Positions 60,982-64,000 of a stretch of DNA of 64,000 nt are shown piece by piece (the stretch's first letter is position 1; every line of letters begins with the position of its first letter). Made by a program: the position numbers and the translations under genes. This DNA comes from Poseidonia sp. (lineage in GTDB: Archaea > Thermoplasmatota > Poseidoniia > Poseidoniales > Poseidoniaceae), in NCBI GenBank assembly GCA_965661285.1, contig CBFIDD010000002.1:316515-380514 (forward strand), in the 5' to 3' direction. The notes beneath the pieces were generated by a model that saw nothing but the letters and a program-made list of their open reading frames with translations, had not been told where the DNA came from and did not search any database.

Positions 60982-62061
60982 TTACTCTTCTTCAACATCG
61001 TTGGCCATCATCACGGCCACCGGGCGAGTGCGTTCGTTCTCGTCCAAAATAAGGCGGGCGATGATGACCATCGGTGCGCCAATGATGGCGCCTGCAATCC
61101 CCCATACTTGAGAAAACAACATGACGGTCAGCAAGAGCACCAGCGGGGAGATACCGATTTTTGCACCTGAAAGGTTGGGCTCGACCAGCGAGCCAAACAT
61201 CTGCTGGTTTCCGATGAGAAGGGCCAGCATCAGGAGCGCCGACACCGGCTCCAGCATGATGAAACCGATGAGCACGGGAGGGATGGTGGCGAAGAGTGCC
61301 CCCAGAATGGGGATGAAATCAAGGAGGAAACACAGCACGCCGAAGAGGAACCAGCCCGGGATATCAAACCCAATCGGGGAGATGATGATGGTCATCACAA
61401 TCGCTTGTCCTCCACTGCAGGTGACCTTGGAGACGACATAGGCGCTGATGGACTCCATGGAATCGTCAACAATTTTCCGAGCCCGTCCGCTTGATTGGGG
61501 AAAGGCCGCATTGAATCGCTTGGCGATGGTGTGCTCTTCGAGAATGATGAACAACAAGAAAATCAGCACGGTGATCATGCTGCCAACAAAGGCGCCCAGC
61601 GACCCCAAAATGGCGAGCGCGAAGACCTCGATGTTGCTGGGCGAGGCCAGGACATCCACCCACGTCGAATCCGAGAAAATAATTTCCAAACCGTACAAGT
61701 CGGAATTTGCATACCTTGCTCGCTTTTCTTCAAGTTGTGCCGTGATGTCGGGAACCTCTTCAACGAATAACGAGAGCTGCTCGTAGAGGAAAATCGAGAT
61801 GAAGTACATCGAGATGATGAAGGTCGCCAACACCGTTCCGTAGGACACCAACTGGTTGCCCACTTTTTTGTGGATGTAGTGTTCGATGGGCTTGATGAGG
61901 AAAAACAACAGCACGGCGATGGCGAGGGGCATCAAAATGGGTTTAAGGTAGACAAGGGCCAAGTACACGACCACACCAACGATGGCCACGCTTGCTGCCG
62001 TTGTTCGTTTGGAGTCAATGCCAATCTTTGCGTTCACGTCCATGCAGCCCACCTCGCTCAA
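60982..62061 (-). CDS. AI-2E family transporter (UPF0118/PerM-like permease)
   Basis: 359 aa. 7-8 TM with characteristic layout (LMPLAIAVLLFFLIKP ... GFDIPGWFLFGVLCFLLDFIPILG). Confidence 0.75.
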   Translation of the reverse strand: MSEVGCMDVNAKIGIDSKRTTAASVAIVGVVVYLALVYLKPILMPLAIAVLLFFLIKPIEHYIHKKVGNQLVSYGTVLATFIISMYFISIFLYEQLSLFVEEVPDITAQLEEKRARYANSDLYGLEIIFSDSTWVDVLASPSNIEVFALAILGSLGAFVGSMITVLIFLLFIILEEHTIAKRFNAAFPQSSGRARKIVDDSMESISAYVVSKVTCSGGQAIVMTIIISPIGFDIPGWFLFGVLCFLLDFIPILGALFATIPPVLIGFIMLEPVSALLMLALLIGNQQMFGSLVEPNLSGAKIGISPLVLLLTVMLFSQVWGIAGAIIGAPMVIIARLILDENERTRPVAVMMANDVEEE

Positions 62062-62334
62062 ATCTCATCTAAGGTTTCCTCCGATTCCAAAACGAAAACA
62101 GCGGTTCAATCGCAAAAAGATTAGCCGCAGTCAACACGCAGCATCACCCCGATTTACACGCTGCGATAGGTTCGGCGTCCTCTTCCGAACGTCAACGTGC
62201 GAAGGAAATACAGAAGCAGACTTCGTCCATGGTCTCGGCCCCAGTCGGAAGGCGTTTACCAAGCATAAAAAGAATTCACCGGCACAGCCCCGACCGTTGT
62301 TGGTTCCTTGGCGGTTCTTGAGCACAGCAAGGCT

Positions 62335-64000
62335 TCAACTGCCGCACATCAAACAGTCGTCTGGACTGTCAAGACTGCAGGCGATGGCTTCGAGGCTCTC
62401 GGTGTCATCGGCTCGCTCGGCGAGGCCGCCAACGGTTTGGTCTTCCTTGGTGGAAGCTTCAACGGTGAATTGAATGGCGTCAGCAGCGGCCTTGGTTCGC
62501 AGGTAGTACATCCCGGTCTTGAGACCCTGCTTCCATCCGTAGAAATGCATGGAAGTGACCTTTGCCGGGTTGGCATCGACCATGTGAATGTTGAGCGATT
62601 GACTCTGGTCGATGTAGGCGCCTCGGTCGGCAGCCATGTCGAGAACGTGCCGTTGTTTGATTTCCCACGTGGTCTTGTAGATGTCTCGAATGTGCTCAGG
62701 GATGCGGTGGATGCCCTGAATGGAACCCTTGTTGCGCAAGATATCGTTCTTCATCTCAAGGCTCCACATGTCCTGGGCGATCAAATCCTTGACGAGGTGC
62801 TTGTTGAGCACGACGAATTCACCCGACAGGGTCCGGCGGACGTAGAGGTTGGAGGTGAACGCCTCAAAGCACTCGTTGTTGCCGAGGATTTGAGAGGTGG
62901 AGGCCGTTGGCATGGGCGCCAAGAGGAGCGAGTTTCGCATGCCCTTCTCAACGATTTCTGCCTTCAAGCTGTCCCAGTCCCAGCGGCCGCTGTGCTCGTT
63001 CATGCCCCACAGGTCGAACTGAAGGAGGCCTTGGCTGGCCGGTGAGCCCTCAAAGGTCGAGTAGGGACCATCGGCCACGGCTGCGTCCTTGGATGCGGTG
63101 CAGGCAGCGAAGTAGATGGTCTCGAAGATTTCCTTGTTCAGCGCCCGTGCTGCAGGACTTTCGAACGGCAACTTGAGCATGGCAAAGACATCAGCCAAGC
63201 CTTGAACGCCCAAGCCGATGGGGCGGTGGCGCATGTTGGAGTTGCGTGCCTCTTCAACGGGGTAGTAGTTCACGTCGATAACACGGTTCAGGTTGCCCGT
63301 CGCGTGGTAGGTGACGTCGTAGAGCAGTTGGTGGTCAAACACACCGTCGGTCATGTTGACAAACTTGGGAAGAGCGATCGAGGCGAGGTTGCAGACAGCC
63401 ACCTCGTCCTTGGCGGTGTATTCCATGATCTCGGTGCACAGGTTCGAAGAGCGAATGGTTCCCAGGTTCTTCTGGTTCGACTTCTCGTTGGCTGCGTCTT
63501 TGTAGAGCATGTAAGGTGTTCCGGTTTCGATTTGTGCTTCGACGATCTTGTCCCAGACCGTACGTGCAGGAACCGTTTCACGTGCGAGACCACGGCGTTC
63601 GTAGTCTTCGTACATGGCCTTGAATTCAGCACCGTAGACATCCTGCAGACCGGGGCACTCGTTGGGGCAGAAGAAGGACCAGTCGGCATTGTCTTCCACA
63701 CGCTGCATGAACAGGTCGGGTGTCCACATGGCGTAGAACAAATCGCGTGCTCGCATCTCTTCCTTACCGTGATTCTTCTTCAAGTCAAGGAACTGAATGA
63801 CATCGGGGTGCCATGGCTCGAGGTACACGGCAATGGAACCCTTTCGCTTGCCGCCGCCCTGGTCGACGTAGCGTGCGGTGTCGTTGAAGACCCGAAGCAT
63901 GGGGACGATACCGTTCGAGGTGCCGTTGGTTCCCTTGATGTAAGAGCCCTTGGAGCGGACGTGGTGGATGGAGAGGCCGATGCCACCGGCTGATTTGGAG
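62335..64000 (-). CDS. ribonucleotide reductase large (catalytic) subunit, partial (N-terminus beyond window end)
   Basis: RSSNLCTEI and CNLASI active-site motifs. C-terminal [14 protein letters not shown] thiol pair. ORF open to the window edge on the minus strand. Confidence 0.8.
   Translation of the reverse strand, partial: SKSAGGIGLSIHHVRSKGSYIKGTNGTSNGIVPMLRVFNDTARYVDQGGGKRKGSIAVYLEPWHPDVIQFLDLKKNHGKEEMRARDLFYAMWTPDLFMQRVEDNADWSFFCPNECPGLQDVYGAEFKAMYEDYERRGLARETVPARTVWDKIVEAQIETGTPYMLYKDAANEKSNQKNLGTIRSSNLCTEIMEYTAKDEVAVCNLASIALPKFVNMTDGVFDHQLLYDVTYHATGNLNRVIDVNYYPVEEARNSNMRHRPIGLGVQGLADVFAMLKLPFESPAARALNKEIFETIYFAACTASKDAAVADGPYSTFEGSPASQGLLQFDLWGMNEHSGRWDWDSLKAEIVEKGMRNSLLLAPMPTASTSQILGNNECFEAFTSNLYVRRTLSGEFVVLNKHLVKDLIAQDMWSLEMKNDILRNKGSIQGIHRIPEHIRDIYKTTWEIKQRHVLDMAADRGAYIDQSQSLNIHMVDANPAKVTSMHFYGWKQGLKTGMYYLRTKAAADAIQFTVEASTKEDQTVGGLAERADDTESLEAIACSLDSPDDCLMCGS

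Overview
This window is a 64 kb, GC-rich (roughly 58-60% by eye) archaeal chromosomal segment. It carries a canonical archaeal RNA polymerase cluster rpoH-rpoB-rpoA'-rpoA''-L30e, in which rpoB is one unsplit 1205-aa ORF and rpoA is split. RNase P subunit Pop5, an FtsZ/tubulin-family gene and many acidic proteins point to a euryarchaeote with a salt-adapted (acidic) proteome. Unsplit rpoB argues against Halobacteria and methanogens, so a Thermoplasmatota-like lineage such as Marine Group II is one candidate. Housekeeping content: propionyl-CoA carboxylase beta (pccB), methylmalonyl-CoA mutase B12-binding subunit, MeaB, asparagine synthetase, a Rieske/cytochrome b operon, glutamate dehydrogenase, an XPD/Rad3 helicase, lipA plus a complete 2-oxoacid dehydrogenase operon (E1 alpha, E1 beta, E2, E3), an AI-2E transporter, a partial ribonucleotide reductase, tRNA-Lys(UUU) and tRNA-Leu(UAA). 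Items worth a second look: (1) a ~3.1 kb low-GC cassette (8.5-11.75 kb) bounded by ~72-bp inverted repeats with a degenerate third copy in the middle, carrying a solo Mrr-catalytic-domain nuclease fusion (candidate modification-dependent restriction enzyme) and a TetR/SDR pair; (2) a bc-type operon whose cytochrome b subunit-IV half is fused through a large extracytoplasmic insert to a cytoplasmic HdrD/GlpC-like CCG iron-sulfur domain; (3) a HemK/Mtq2-like methyltransferase fused to biotin protein ligase BirA; (4) RpoH carrying an ~90-aa N-terminal extension paralogous to an N-terminal extension of RpoA''; (5) three very large membrane-anchored surface proteins (1180, 2977 and 991 aa) with SBBP beta-propeller and thrombospondin type-3 calcium-binding repeats, a transglutaminase-like core that apparently lacks the catalytic His, and a DUF4129-like cytoplasmic tail; (6) a short FtsZ/tubulin-family protein. 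No rRNA genes or CRISPR arrays were seen.
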